Notes: a model not told the origin generated them from the sequence alone. Positions 35,790-50,137 are shown, counted from the stretch's first letter. The stretch is DNA of 64,000 bases from Carcharhinus longimanus (GCA_030264375.1 JASCQW010000156.1:23028706-23092705); one strand, 5' to 3'. Made by a program: numbers and translations.

Positions 35790-38700
35790 CAGGACTAAAA
35801 TCTTCCAGCTAATTTGCATCATTTATTGCAGTTGTAGAAATGTCTCATTTTGACCAAGGTTTTGGACATTTAACCTATTATCTCCTCCTATGGCTCTGTG
35901 TAAAAATTTTAATAAACACATTAGTGGATGCACCTTGGAACGTTGTTAAAGGTGCTATATAAATGCAAGTTTTGTTGTTGAGGTCTAAAGTTATTACTGT
36001 CAACATTTTTCAAATAAATTAGATCAACTACATCTTCCCGAGTAAAAGAGATAGTAGTAGTCCCTAATCTAGGTGCGCCATCTAGCTTGGGATTTGCTTT
36101 TGGTGCTGGTTATGTAATGCTATATTCAAACCTTCCTTCAGGGACACCTGCAGCTATGTGCGTTGGTGTAGTAAATCTGTTCTTGACATAGTTTAGGAAT
36201 GTTTACTGTACTTATGAGTCACAAGATTTTTATTCAAAAGTAGATATAATGACTTCCAAGAATTTTTCTCAAATAAGTATAGTGTCAGAAGTCATTTCAG
36301 ACAATACCAAATTATTGTACTGAATATACACGGAAGCTGTTGGTCAACCCAATTAGCTTTCTATTTCTTTCTCTCATTTAAGGGACAGTTTGACAAATAA
36401 ATGCATTTGTTTGTATCTATCTGTACTCAGGGTCAGTTATTTTTAGGTACATTCCAAAGCACAATTTGTGCTCACTGTGAGGATGTGAAGAACTATCAGT
36501 TTGGGCAATCTAGACAAACTTCTTTGAACAAATTGCACAGTCAATTTTTAGGCTTGCACTGTTTGGGCAAAATGCGTCCTCCAGGAGGCCATAGATTAAA
36601 ATTTGAATGCAATAGGCCAAACTTTGCTGGAACTGCACATCTTACAGCATGCACCATTACCTGGTCTTTTATTTGCACTCTTCAGCTTGAATATAATTTG
36701 ATGCAAAGCTTTCTGAAGTTACTTCTGATAAATGTTTGTTCTGTGAATGTTACACCTGACTATATTGTTGCAATGATGACTATACTTCGAAAGTACTTCA
36801 TTGCTTCTAAAACGCTCTTGAGACATCCCGAGGTCATGAAAGGCACTACAGAATGTAGAAATACTAAATTTTAGTGCACAAAATCAGGCACTGTAAAACT
36901 GTACAGAGTTCTTACCGTTCATTGCTTTGATGTTTAATGGGCGTCTTCAGGGTCAACCCCACCATTTCTTTCTTTTATTTTGGACAAGTAGAATTTTGAG
37001 CAAATTCAGTTTTATGGACTGTTACTTAATGAAAATAATCTGCCGGAACTGTCTTTTGAAAGATCCACAAATTATTAATGTTATATGTATGACACTAAAG
37101 ATAGTTGTACCTCTGGACTTACAGATCTATATGGAAAAGAACAAATAAATTCATAGAGTGCAAAAGGAGGCCATTCAGCCCCTTGGATTTCACCTACCCT
37201 ATGTTAATTAATTTTTTTAAAGGCTTGATCTCTCAATTGTAGTGTTGAATGGAGGAAGACTGATTTTAGTGTATTTGTAAAATGTTTTTACAATGTGTGC
37301 ATAATACATATGAGAATAAACTGAGAATCGTTAATTCAATTGGAAGTTAATTTTACAAAATAGCTTTTTCTTTCTAAATACACTGGATTAAACAATGCTT
37401 TTTGCTGAGCATTATAGACATGCCACCACTTAGATTCTGTTTAAATATTGTGATGCAGAGAATGAGTGCAGCTTATAATACAGGTCAGTGTCTTTCCAAA
37501 CACGTTCAGCTGCATGAACAGTTGTGTTAAACTGTGCTAATAATAGCTAGTATACGGGAGTTCCTTTCAGTGTTTCTCCGGTTAAGGGAGTAAATCCGAT
37601 TTGCAGTGTTTTTGTAGCTGTCCTCAGTTAGTGTGGGACGTGGTTGACTTACGTAACTGACTCAATAGGCACAACTAATATCAGGTGCTTATCAGCTTAT
37701 GCCTTTTCCAATTAAAACATTTTTTGGGTTAATCCTTTGTGGCATTTCGAATATCTGTAAGGGTGACTATGTTGCTAATATTAGTTTGGTAGAAATGTCA
37801 ATTCCATAGTTCTAATGAAAGTATTAAATACACCAATTAATAAAGAATGAAATCTAATAACTTGGAGTTTATTTTTGAGAATCCTGCCCAGTGTTGCATC
37901 AGCTGTTTGCCCTTGTTATACCGAGTTCAATTCCCACTGAGGTTTCTGAGTACAGTCTTTGTAACACTGACCCTGTGTTCATTATTTCATGACTCAGTAC
38001 TATTTTCAGGTCTGTATGCATAATGTACCTCTTCCTCCTGTGAAGATAGTGCTTTGTTTGTGAATAGAGGCTATGGAATACAGATCAAAATCTTAATGTA
38101 TAATCATCCAAATTAGATTTTACACAAACCACGCATGGCTGCCAGTTGGAGGGTCAATTGAGAGTACAGAATTAAAAGTTGGCATTGTATCAACAAAAAG
38201 TGGATTTGTGTAGACCCCAAAATCATGTAGAATACGGGAATGTATATGTTAATTGTTTAGATAAATGCTTGGGAAAATGAAGTGAACTAAAAATTTAATT
38301 CACAAAACAGAGAAGCTGTTCTGTTGATGAATTGGTAGTCTTTAATTGACAGACTGGCAGAGGAATGAATATAATTGTGATGTCTAATGTTTTGTATGGT
38401 AGGTCTGATTGTGACTGAGGTTTTGAGCCATTATTGTCACTTCAAAAAGCAAATAAGTGAATATTTCTATAGCATATTGTAAAACAATGCAGCCAAACAC
38501 TCAATATGCGAAAACACAAAAATATTCTGCTCAGAAGATAAGTTTCTAGCCTGTAAGCACACTTGAGAAATTTTATTAAGTATTTGTGGTCCCATAAACA
38601 GTCACTTAAAGATCCACAGAATAAAACCAGCCCTAACATTTTTACAGAAGTAGATCTGTACTTATTGAGGGGATTGGTTGTGAAATTATCAAAACTATCT

Positions 38701-39019
38701 CAGTTTCAAAGTGGAATGTCTAAAATTTGTTATTGGACTCTTCCCTGTTTCTCCAACTTGCTTGATTGTACAGGCATCAAACACAATATTTTATATATAT
38801 GTGTAGTGTGACTATATAAAATATATGTGTGCATGTGACTATATTTCAAATGTGGTTAATTGGTTATCACGTGCTTTGGAACATCTTGAGCTTGTGAAAG
38901 GCACTTTATAAATGTAAATTTGTACTTATTGGACTGAAATTGGTATTCACTGAAATCAAACTTTATTGGAAGATTGATTATATGTGCATAATTCACTGTC
39001 TGGTGAAATTTCTTGACTT

Positions 39020-40110
39020 CTGGGAAAAAAAACAAAATCCTGGAATTATTCAAGTCAAGCTGCATCTGTGGGAAGGGAAATAAGGCTAACATTTCAGTTC
39101 ACTGACTTATCACCAGAACTGACAAAATGACATAGGTTTGAACCAAATATAAAAGCAAGAAAAGGGAGGGAAGGGTAGATCAAACAAGAGGGAAGGCCTG
39201 TGAAACGGTGGAAGGTAGAATTGTAGAAATCAGTAGAAAGCCTACAGTGCAGAAGGAGGCTATTTGACCCATCAATCCCATCCAGGCCCTATCCCTGTGA
39301 CTTAATGTATTTACTCTGCTGGTTCCCCCAACACCAAGGGACAATTTAGCATGGTCAATCAACCTAACCCACACATCTTTGGAGTAGGAGTGATTAAATA
39401 ACAAAAGAAATGATGGTGCAAGGCAAAAGGGACAAAGATAGAAACAGAAGATGGCTGTAAAGGAGATGTGAATGGAAATATTGGAAACATTGCCAGAAAT
39501 TGCTGTCTGAGAAAATGGGGACAACAGTTGAATTGCCTGAAATTGTTGAACTGGTTGTTGAGCCTGGACGGCTGTAAACGGCCTAACTGAAAGATGATTC
39601 ACTGTTTCTTGATTTTTCCATTGAGGTCAGATTGGAGCAAAAAACTAAAATGACAGGCCCATGGTCATGGTCATGGTCATGCTTGTGAACAGAACAGGAT
39701 TGTCCCACAAAATGATCACTCAACTTGTCTAGTAAAGAGACTACTTCATGAGAAATGGAATACAGTACAATAACTGGAAAGAAATCCAAATAAATTGCTG
39801 TTTAACCTGGAAGGAGTCGTTTGAGACCCTGGACAGTGGGAAAGGAGAGGTGAAAGGACAGCTGTTGTATCTTCTGCAATTATACTGGGAAGGTGTTGTG
39901 GGAAGGAAGGGTATATTCGTCATAAATGAGGACTGGCGGAACAGGGTATCAAGTAAGGAATGGTTATTTTGGAATGCTGAAAATGGAAGCATGGGCTTGT
40001 TGCACTATTGGAGATAACAAAGGATGGACCTTTGAATGCAGTGGGCTGGTGGAGTGGCAGGTGAAGGCAAGGGACACCGTAACATGGTTCTAGGAAGGGA
40101 AAGTGTTGAG
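39020..40110 (-). mobile_element. Penelope-like element 3' part (GIY-YIG remnant plus terminal repeat with a decayed hammerhead motif)
   Basis: Minus peptide NCRRYNSCPFTS...SFQVKQQF...LLYCI parallels 56190-56370. Terminal motif AGTT-CTGGTGA...GAAAT-GTT at 39084-39120. Confidence 0.75.
39222..39385 (-). mobile_element. HE1-like SINE 3' half nested in the Penelope-like copy
   Basis: cctacagtgcagaaggaggc...gggacaatttagcatggtcaatcaacctaacccacacatctttgga. Confidence 0.85.
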
Positions 40111-40324
40111 AATTAAAATGATGAACATTAGAAAAATTATGGAGTGATATTCATGTGTGATATTATGAGTCTGATTTTTCAAAAAAAAAATGAAACTTCA
40201 GGCAGCCCTCACAAGGCTGTGAACTTCAAGGCACAACTTAGTATATGTCAGTTGTGATGGTAATACCCTGAAAAATGTCATCTTGACTTTGCCTTCCTAA
40301 TCTAAAGACATTCTTGCAATCGGA

Positions 40325-41207
40325 TTGGGCAGAAGTCTCGCTCGGTCATTTTTTTAGGCCACCTGTAGGGTGGGCTGGGTGGTCAGCTTCGTGCCAACTT
40401 TGTTTCTGGGGAAGGGAGGGTTAATATTCAGGCTCCTTCTCTCTTTGACTTGTCTCTCTCGCTCACTCTTTCTCTTGCTCTCCCTTTTGTGTATCTCTCA
40501 ATAATTATAAGGGCTGCTGTACCACAAGTTTTGAACAGGATTCATAGGACACCTTTGCATCCTCCCTCCCCAATCAGTGCTTGTTGTTTACATGCCCTTT
40601 ATTCGTAATCATAGAACCATACAGTGCAGAAGAGGCCCTTCAGCCCATCGAGTTGGCACCAGCACATTAGAAACACCTGAAATCCCATCAGTCAGCACTT
40701 AGCCCATAACTTGAATGTTATGATGTGCCAAGTGCTCATCCAAAAGCTTTCTAAAGGATGTGAGGCAACCCAATTCTACCACCCTTCCAGACAGTGCATT
40801 CCAGACTGTCATCATCCTCTGGATAAAAAAGTTTTCTCTCACACTCCCCTTAAACCTTCTGCCCCCTCACTTAGAATCTATGCCCCCTTGTGTCTGACCC
40901 TTCAACTAAGGGGAACAGCTGCTGCTTTTCCACTCTGTCCATGTCCCTCGTAATCTTGTACACTTCAATCAGGAAGCACCTCAGTCTTTGCCTCATGCCC
41001 TTTTGCCCTGCCTCAGGGAGCTGCTGGTTTATTTTATTGGTTAATTAAGGGCCTCAATTGTAGTGCATGTGGGTGGACCACCTTAGACTTTGTCTGTCCC
41101 CTGTAAAATTGCAGTCAGGTCAGGGACCGGTGGGAAGGTCGCCCAGAGAATATTATGGCTGCCCCTCTTGCAATCACGCCAGCTGGTGACAGCAAAATTC
41201 TGCCTAG
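40325..41207. mobile_element. MITE-like element probably split by a CR1 insertion
   Basis: Ends gggcagaagtct / aaaattctgcct. GC-rich arms flank the CR1 piece at 40607-40990. Confidence 0.45.
40607..40990 (-). mobile_element. CR1 3' end
   Basis: aatcatagaaccatacagtgcagaagaggcccttcagcccatcg..., the reverse complement of the 11400-11790 family. Confidence 0.85.
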
Positions 41208-41329
41208 TGTATTTTTTATATCCTGGAACAGCATATCTTTAAAATTAATTTTCAATTCATATATTTCATAGAAATATATATGCAATAAATATAAAATATT
41301 TGTTTTGACCATGTTTACAGGCAGTTGGT

Positions 41330-43310
41330 TTTGAAGTTCGTTATTCTTGATCCCCTGCTTTACCAAATTTGCATGTCAATATATTTGAATTACTCTGGGA
41401 CAAATGCAAAGTGGTGGAACCTCATAGAATTTGCAAAATGGGAAAAGCTGCCCTTTGAATTATCAACTAGGGACTTTCATCTTCATGTAGACTCAGGCAA
41501 ACCAAATTGGCAAAAGTTACTTGGAGGGTCAGTTGAAGGAATGCATTTGAGATCTTTGAACAAATGCTGAGGAACCAATTAGGGAGTGGTTTATTTTAGA
41601 TTTAGTATTATGTAATGAAATACTGTTAATTTGTAGTCTTATAGTAAACTTTCTGTTGGGGAAATCTGATCATATGTTAAAATTTCATACCAAGTTTGAG
41701 AGTGATATGATTAACATTGAAACATACAAAAGAGAAGCAGGAACAGGACATTCGACCCTTTGAACCCACTCTGCCATTCGTTATGATCACAGCTGATCAT
41801 AGTTAGTATCCTGATTCCGCCTCCCCCGATATTCCTTGATCCCTTTAGCCCCAAGAGCTATATCTAATTTCTTGAAATCACACAACATTTTAGCCTCTGC
41901 CACTTTTTGTGGTAGTGAATTCCATAAATTCACCACTCTTTGGATGAAGAGAGTTCTCACCTGAGTCCTAAAAGGTTTGCCCCTTATCCTCGAAACTATG
42001 ATTGATAATTCTGGACACCCCCATTATTGGCAGTGTTCTTTCTGAATCTACCATGTCTAATCCTGTTAGAATTTTGTAAGTTTCTATGAGATCTCCCCTC
42101 ACTCTTAATTCCAATGAATACAATCCTAACTGACTTACTCTCTCCTTTATACGACAGATCTGCCAGCCCAGGAATCAGCCTGGTAAATCTTCCCTGCACA
42201 CACTCTACAGCAATTAGATGAAAGACTGGATTGATGGTAGAAGGCAATAACATACATTTAAAGAAATAATTCATTCTGTGAATATTTGTTTATTTGAGGA
42301 ATAAAAATTGCATTGTAAAAATGTCACATCAGTGGTTAACTAGAGATGTTAAGGATAGTGCAAGATTAAAAATAGAGGCTTATGATGTCAAAAAGTTTAC
42401 TATGTCTGAGGATTGAGAGGATTTTAAAAAAAGCAAAAGATGATTGAGAAGGTGAATAAAAAGTAGAAAAGAGCGCGAGAGCAAACTAGCAGGAAGTATC
42501 AAAACACATTGTAAGAACGTTTACTTAGAAGTTTATAAAAATGACAAGTTTAGCAAAAGAAGCAGAGATAGGAGAAATTATATAATGAGAATAGGCAAAT
42601 GACAGATGTTAAACAAGCATTTTAAATTTATCTTCACAGTGGAACATACCAGAAACTGTGAGGAACCAAGGGTCCAATGTGAATGAAGAACTTAGTCATT
42701 AATATAATAAAGAAAAAGTGCTGGAGAAATTAATGGGACTAAAATCCAACAAACCCCTTGGAACCTCTGCTCTATCTCCTAAGGTTTTGAAAGAAGTGGC
42801 TTTAGATAGTGGATGCATTGGTTTTAATCTTCCACAATTCCTTGGATTCGAAAACTACCCCCATTGTTCAGAAGGTAACCAATGTAACCCTGCTATTCAG
42901 GAAAGGAGGGAGAAAGAGAGCAAACAGAGAACTTATAGGTCACTTATCAGGACAACAGTTGGAGGAGAAATATTGGAATCTTTCAGCACTTTGAATATCA
43001 GGTCATGATTAGGCAGAGTCAGTAAGACTTCTAAGAAAGTCATGCTTGGCAAATCTATTAGAACTTTTTCAGGGAGTAGCATGCTGAATAGCTAAGTTGG
43101 AATCACTGGATGCATATTTTAATTTTCAGGCATTTAATAAGGCACCTCCCAATAGGCTGTTGCCAAGATTAGAACTCACTGAATAGAAGTAATATATTAG
43201 CATGGATTAAAGAAGATGAGGTGTGCTAGTGGAGCACCAAAAAAATCAATGTTTCGACCTCAGCTATTTTCAAACCGTATCAGTGAGTTATTTGAGGGGA
43301 TCAGGTCAAA
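41330..43310 (+). mobile_element. Old CR1 ORF2 (endonuclease end to RT start), heavily frameshifted
   Basis: ILDLVLCNE, KVLEKLMGLKSNKPLG, NVTLLFRKGGR and KSCLANLLE remnants. Confidence 0.8.
41719..42212 (-). mobile_element. Younger CR1 3' end nested in the old CR1
   Basis: Minus peptide VECVQGRFTRLIPGLADLSY. Tail gaaacatacaaaagagaagcaggaacaggacattcgaccc. Confidence 0.85.
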
Positions 43311-43897
43311 CTATTGAAACTAAACCATTGCAACACATATTGTGGAATGATACATTTTGCCCATAAATAGCTATTATTGAGCTGCACTAGATCTGTGTCA
43401 CTATCTCTTGTGTCGCCTTGAAACTGGAATTCCTGAAGGCGTGATGTATATGAACCTTATGCTTAAACCAAGTTTTAAATAAATCAGTGGGCAATTTTAA
43501 AAAAAAAAGCCCAGTTTTGCTCCTGTTGTGGAATCCTCTGACTTGGCATCTTATCTTCCCTGGTCACTGTGTAAACAAGTTGCAGTAAAACGTTCTATAT
43601 TCTGTTCACGTACATTAGAATGCGTACTTTGTGACCACAGTAACGTTAGATTAGGTCAAATGTCAATCTCTGATTTCCTAAGAGAGTTTGTGCTCACTGC
43701 CGGGATGTAATTGACTTTCCCGGTGAGAGCTACAGATTTTTCCTGTTTGCATACAGTAAAAGCAGAGGGATTATTCTTCAGGATCTAATGCTTATTCAAA
43801 AATGACGGCAAAGTTGAAATCCTTTATTCAGACAAAAATCCAAGCTTATAAGAATGTAACGTTTATAATGCTGTGGGAACGTGGGAGGAATGAATTA

Positions 43898-44075
43898 TTA
43901 GAAAGAACATTCAGCACAGAAGTGGACCATTCGACCCAACCAGTCCATGTTGGCATTTACGTTCCACTCAAGCCTCCACTTATCCTTGCTTGTGTATCTC
44001 TATAACTCTTTATTTCCTTCTCCTTAAATGCGTCTGAACTATTCATCTCAATTGGTCCTTGTAGTAGCATGTAAC
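43898..44075 (-). mobile_element. CR1-type tail fragment
   Basis: tagaaagaacattcagcacagaagtggaccattcgaccc. Confidence 0.6.
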
Positions 44076-47000
44076 CCTTTACTTCCCTTTACTAAAGTAA
44101 CCCTTTAGTTCATGAGATCAATTAATTTATTTAATATTTCTCCATTTTGTTTTAAATGCAGTTATATAATTCTAATCTAATCTTCTAATCTATGGCCAGT
44201 CAGTGCATTTCTTTGGTGAATACTGAAGCAAAATAACCCTGTTGTCACACTTTCCATTTTTTCTTTAATCTCATCTCCCACTCTCACATTTTGGCATTTG
44301 TGTGTTTGCAGAAAAACGTGGGTTCCTGTTGGGGGGATGGATTGTAAATGTAATTAACAGTAGGGAAATTGATTTCTGTGAAGGCTTAACCTCCCTTGTT
44401 GTGAAGGGTAACTTGTTGTCATATTTCTTAGTAAACACCAAAATGAAGTAGCTGGATTTAATAAAGGTGAGCAATACTGGTCCTATAAGGAGCAGAAGTT
44501 ATTCAAGACTTGTCAGTGCTTTATTTTAAAATTGAATTAATAAATTTATCTCTGCCTATATATACATCTAGTTTCAGTCACCACTAATTTTAAAAGTTGA
44601 TGTCTCGATGGATACATTGACCTGGCTGTTTGCTTGCCACATTTAGATAGCTGTCTTGTAGGAAACTCGGAGCTTCAATTATTTTTATAAATCTATTTTT
44701 GGAAAGAATGAAAAATGAAATGTTGGTATTTGTCCGTAGCCAAATATGTTTTAGAGTAATTTATTCTCGTTCTCATTATGATTTTAAGAGAACATTCTCA
44801 TCGCAAGTGCTAAGTGGTGAGCTGTTGTTAGTCACAAAAGAGGTTGAACATTCAGTGTGATGCTACAGCACTGATAAATATATAACTAATTTGCCAAGAA
44901 CATTTCTGCTTGTATCAGCGTTCTGCTTTTTGTTTATTGGAAATGATTGGGAAGTTGAGTGTTTTGTGTGAGGTGTGTGTTTATCTGAATTCAGTGTAGC
45001 TGTGGTTGGTTGCACTGCAGAAGTAATTTGTCATTCCATTTAGTGCTGATTCAAGAACTAAATCAATTCCCTGATTCAGCTACAGAGATACTCTAAAGTG
45101 TGAGGTTTTCAAAAGGGCAGCTTGATCCCAGACTGCAGATCTGATATGCCAGATTCCTGAATCAGCAGAGTTCAACATGCGGCCACCAACTGACTTCTCT
45201 TACTACGGCCATTTGCTTTGAACCTTTTGGTTGTCATTAGGGCACAGAGAATGCCTCACTTCCTGCTGAGTACTCCTAATTTGATTTGACATCTATTTCA
45301 GTCTAAAAACAGATTGTGCATATCTAATTGGGTTACTCATGAAATTGCTTTGGTTAAAATGAGAGGGAGCCTTTCTCCAGCCTATATTTATTGTTGGAAA
45401 ACCACTTTAGACGTGTTTTGAAATGAGTCTTTGCCTCTTTAGCTTCATCATATGTACAGGTTTTGCAGCTTCATGTATATGAAATGTGAAAGCAACCTTG
45501 TGTTCCATTCCCCTGTCTGGCTTTGAAGCTATCCTAAAGTAAAAACAGAAAATATATCATGTTTGGGTTTTGTGCAGCCAGTTAAATTTAAATACTTAGT
45601 GCAGAAGTGCTTTATGATCATCATGGAGGTATATTTATGCTTTTGATGGGGTTTGATATATGGATTATTTTTAATAAGGGGTTTGTGCTATATATTTCAT
45701 AACTACTAAAGTGAGAGTTTCTGCTTGGCAGGGTGAGTTTTTACATTGTTCTGTTGTGAACACATACTGTGAAATATGGGCTTATATCAGCAGCTGCAGT
45801 TAATGTGTTGTAAATGGACACGCTGCATATTATAATGTTTTTCTTTCAACGGGAATGAATATTGTGAATTTTTGGAGGTTACATGATATTTTATTAGAAT
45901 AATGTAGGTCATTCATTTTCTTAGCAAATTAGCATAATATTGGTCAGATCAACCTGGGGGATGAAGAAAATGGATTCTGAAAGCTTGTAAACAAATGAGT
46001 ACTGCAATAAATACTCTTAAAGCAAGGTGTGCCAGAATGATTTCTAGCTATTGGCATTCAAGCGCATTATGGAATAGCTGCTTGGTAGAAATCTCCCAAA
46101 ATTTCTGACTACACTGTGTTCTCGGCAACAAAAACAGTTGCCCGTTGACATTAATGGCTCTTATTGGGAATTAATCTTCCAGCTGGTTTAAGGTATCAGC
46201 AACCTGATATAACTGGACCTTGCTGCTGCAGTGGGTATAATATGACAGCATTGCTGGAAGCTAGACTCTAGGATGTCACTCAGCGAGACCGGGGAAGGCA
46301 CAGTGGAACTGAATGGAGCACATTATTTTTGATTTTGTTTTTGTCAAAGTTCATGCATGGATAGTAGATAGATCATTAAGAATTCATAGTAGAGTGACTT
46401 GATTTTTTTTATTTTGGATACGTGAGAAACTTGTTCCTTTGGAATAAATTTAATGTAATTGATACTGGTCAAGTAGCACTATTGAGGACATCACGATTCT
46501 AGAAAATTCTGACCAATAATTCAGTCAAAATTTCATCAAAGGAAAAGTTGTCTGTATTTACATTAAATATAGGTTAAAACAGCCATATTACTTGAGTCAA
46601 AATTTTCCAAAATTAGTACTACACAATAGATAATAAAAGACATAAGATTGTCTATGTCTGAAACACAGTGCTGGAAATGCATAGGTCTGCCGGCATTCAT
46701 GAAAAGAACATACTTAATAATTTTATATTAAATATTAAGCATCAGAATTGAAACTGAACCAACCTGTCATCTTGTTACAAATGCTGACTGACTACTGTAT
46801 TTCCAGTATTTTTATTTTTGTTTCAGATTTCCAGAATTTAGAAATTTTATTTGTTCTGCCAATATCTGATGTTTTGTATTGCATGTATAATATGGCATTA
46901 CAATACATGACCACACCAGGAAGGACTTTTGTGAATGGAATTGAAGTGGAAGTAAAACAAAAAAACATAATTTTGCTTCCACTGAACAAGAATATGATTT

Positions 47001-47256
47001 CCGTTTGATAAGTTCAACTGTTAAGACTGTGTGTTATTCTGTTGTAAATATTGCCAGACCCATGTTTACAAGGAAAGTACTTCATGATTTCCTTGCTTAT
47101 GTTCCACAGGCAGCAATGTGGTTGACTTTTAGTTTCTGTTTCTTGCTTGCTAGTACATTGAAAATCTTCTAATCTCTCCAAAGCTATTTTTAAGCAGCAT
47201 GTCTTTGTCTCCAGTAACCTTCATAGCTTTCCAGTAGTTGACTCGTTAAACATCAT

Positions 47257-47392
47257 AGCCAGAATTCTCCAATGTTGGACACCCTGCTACCACTGCTAGT
47301 AAGAACGGAGAATTTGGTGCTCGGCCAAATCTTCATTCACTGCCGCGGGACCAGCACGTCCCAGCTGCAAGCAAGATTGGAGAATTCTGGCC
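47257..47392. mobile_element. 136-bp MITE, PIF/Harbinger-like
   Basis: Perfect 16-bp inverted repeat GCCAGAATTCTCCAAT (47258-47273) / ATTGGAGAATTCTGGC (47376-47391), flanked by CAT on both sides. Confidence 0.8.
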
Positions 47393-47765
47393 CATATGTG
47401 CAGATTCCAGTCAATAATTAACATTTGAAAAAAATGTTATTTATCATGCTAGATAATTTGTTTTATCCTTTCACAGGACCAAGGCTTTTCTATTTATGCC
47501 TTCATTTTCATTGCCCATCTCTGATTGAACTGATGCAGGCCATGTGGCATATGTACATCCACAGCATTTTAGGGAGGAAATTCTAGGATTAAGTATTACT
47601 CCATATGGCTGTTGTAATTACTTGAGAAGAAAAGCACTGAATCAACTTTTGCTTAATATAACTTAATCCCACAATTATCTCCCAAAAATTCTTTTGGAAT
47701 GAGAATTAATATACATAAAGTGAGGGCTAAAATGAATGTTAAAATGTTTGAGACTCAAAGATCAT

Positions 47766-48434
47766 AGGTGGAATTTTCCCCAAAAATTCTAAAGTGACAT
47801 TACAGTAATAAAACAGGAGTCCTTTATGCCGGTCTTCGTGGCACGCTCCAGATCACAGTCTTCTGGCATTCAGTCAATTGGCAGCTGGGAGGTTTGCGCT
47901 GGTATTGGGGGAGGGGAGACCTAAACACACTGGTGAAACGGGCTTCAGAGCACTGAGGCACCACTGCGCTAGGGTGCTCTGATCAGCCCGTGAACTAGGA
48001 GACCTCCCCCATTGCAACCCTCCAGTCTGCCTTCGTGGAGGCCCCAGAAACTTAGCACTGCCCCTGGCACATCTAGTGTCCAACTGGCACTGTTAGTTTT
48101 CCAAATGGATGCTGCCAGTGTGCCCTTTGGGCATTGCTCATCCATGCCTCGACCATCCAGGGACTTCAGTGTCTTCCAATCCCCCTGGTGTGGCTGTGTT
48201 GCCTGAGACCAGTAGTGATTTGCACTACATAATACACTGGAGAGTGGGGAAGCCGCTGTGCCGAACTCCATGATGAGATGGAAATCCAGGCAATCTGATG
48301 CTACTGAGCTTTGCGCCTTTTCTGGCCACAAAATGGTTCTTGCCAATGATGCAAATAGGAATTTTGGCCTCTTGCACCATTTTCCAGCTCGCCATGCCAA
48401 TCGACAGGCACAGCAAGCTGGTAAAATTGTGCCC
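47766..48434. mobile_element. Approximately 670-bp GC-rich non-autonomous DNA transposon
   Basis: Degenerate TIRs aggtggaattttcc / ggtaaaattgtgccc. Sharp GC shift relative to the flanks and internal ggcac/gtgcc motifs. Confidence 0.6.
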
Positions 48435-50137
48435 AACATGTCTACAGTAGTTTTCATTTGGTGTGCGTGATTCTGATATTTTTTGTTTGAAGAGTAGTAT
48501 TTTTGACATTGGGAAGCACCCTGGAAGGAGAAATAACATCAACACAGCGTCATTGATGCAGTCCTTCAATGACCTTATTTTAGTTGAGTATATTCAGCTG
48601 CCTGTTGGACTTTATTTTTCCTCTAGCCTAATTAATTAGTTCTTCTCCATCCCTAATTAATGTTACAGTTTTAAAACAAAGCTAAATGTAGTATATGAAA
48701 AACAAGAAAATTAAGCAAAAAGCTCTTTGGCACCTATGGGCTTGTCCTTTTCATAATCAAAGTAAATTCTGCTTCATTGATAGTATTCTGAGTGAAAGAT
48801 GTGTATCGCCTGAACCTGAAAGATAATTAATGAAATCCCCATAGTATACATTCAATCACACATCTTTGCTATTCAACCCTGCTCTGCTGTCCTTAACATG
48901 TATGATTCAACGCCTATCTTCCTACAAATTGTCATTTTAACAGTTGTGATTGTAGAATATTATCTCAGCCTACTTGTCTTGGTCTCCAACCTTTGCAACA
49001 ATCAGATATTTGTCCATCTTTTTGAAGAAACTGACTACTTACAAAAGCTGTTGATATTGTGTTAGTCAGTTTCAGCTGGCAGATACTTCAATATGTTTGT
49101 AGTTTATTTATTTTTATCCTGTGCCCTCAAGCTGTACATGGACAGTGTAAGTCGAAAGTTGCATATTTACATTCCTGTGCTTCTCAACATTTGGTGGATT
49201 TCCCACACTTGGAAAGTTAAATTTACTGGCTTATAGCTTCTAAACTATTTTTGACTATGTTGGTTAGCATTTCTTATCATCCATTCCAAGTGCAGTTAAA
49301 AGAAAAGAATGTTAGCTGGTCACCGAGGTTATAAGAATTATTAATCTGAATAAATTATGAAGTCCCAATGCTGGAATCATCATGTTGCAATTGATTCGTA
49401 TAATCAGTGTGTTGTGCTTAAGTGCAAAGATGATTTGCACAAAGGGAATTCATAAGGATGCCACAATATATTTTTGCGCTCCTTAAACACAAAGGTTGCA
49501 TGCTTTTGAAGACATACTATGAGAGTATTAAATGTGAAAAGCCATTCCAGTGGTTGAATAATATTGATGTGGAAACCAACAAGCTTTGTTTTACAGGTAA
49601 ATTTATTGGTCTCTTGTAGTCAAGTATTATAGTTTGAAAAATTATTGCAACCCCTATTTTAAAGGTGAACCTTTGAGTATGGGACTTATGTTTCAAGATA
49701 GTAATACACATATACATGTGTAATATGCATATATGTATGTGATAATGTTTCATAGTGTATTTTACCCCATCTGTTGTCTCCTTGCATTAGACATAATTTG
49801 TATTTGAGTTGGTAGGCAACCTACTTGTAGAACATTGTTGACGCTACTCAAAATGTGACTATAAGAGGCTATAAATTAGTTTTTAATTGCCTCCAGGAAA
49901 GTGTTAGGCCTCGTCATAGCACCAAGTTTGGGATTGTAAGAAAACTAAGAGTTTAATATTCTTTATTTCAGACCCATGGTAGAAATATTCTCACGTATAC
50001 TGTTTTCGTACAGCACATGGCTTCGTTATCCTCATTGTGCTAAAAAGGAGTTCCATGATTTGTATTTATGACTCTATATCAAGGGGTACAGTTAGTTGAT
50101 TCAGTCTTCTAACCAGTGGCCTTTGTTTTTTTTGCAG

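Noticed and set aside
36401-36874. 157-aa ORF, and the overlapping ORFs at 47874-48569
   Set aside because: No recognisable domain. The first ends in a SINE/L2-type tail and the others lie inside a GC-rich MITE, so these are chance ORFs.
43693-43728. Small inverted repeat CTCAC..CCGGGA / TCCCGG-TGAG
   Set aside because: The stem is short enough to arise by chance and has no other support.
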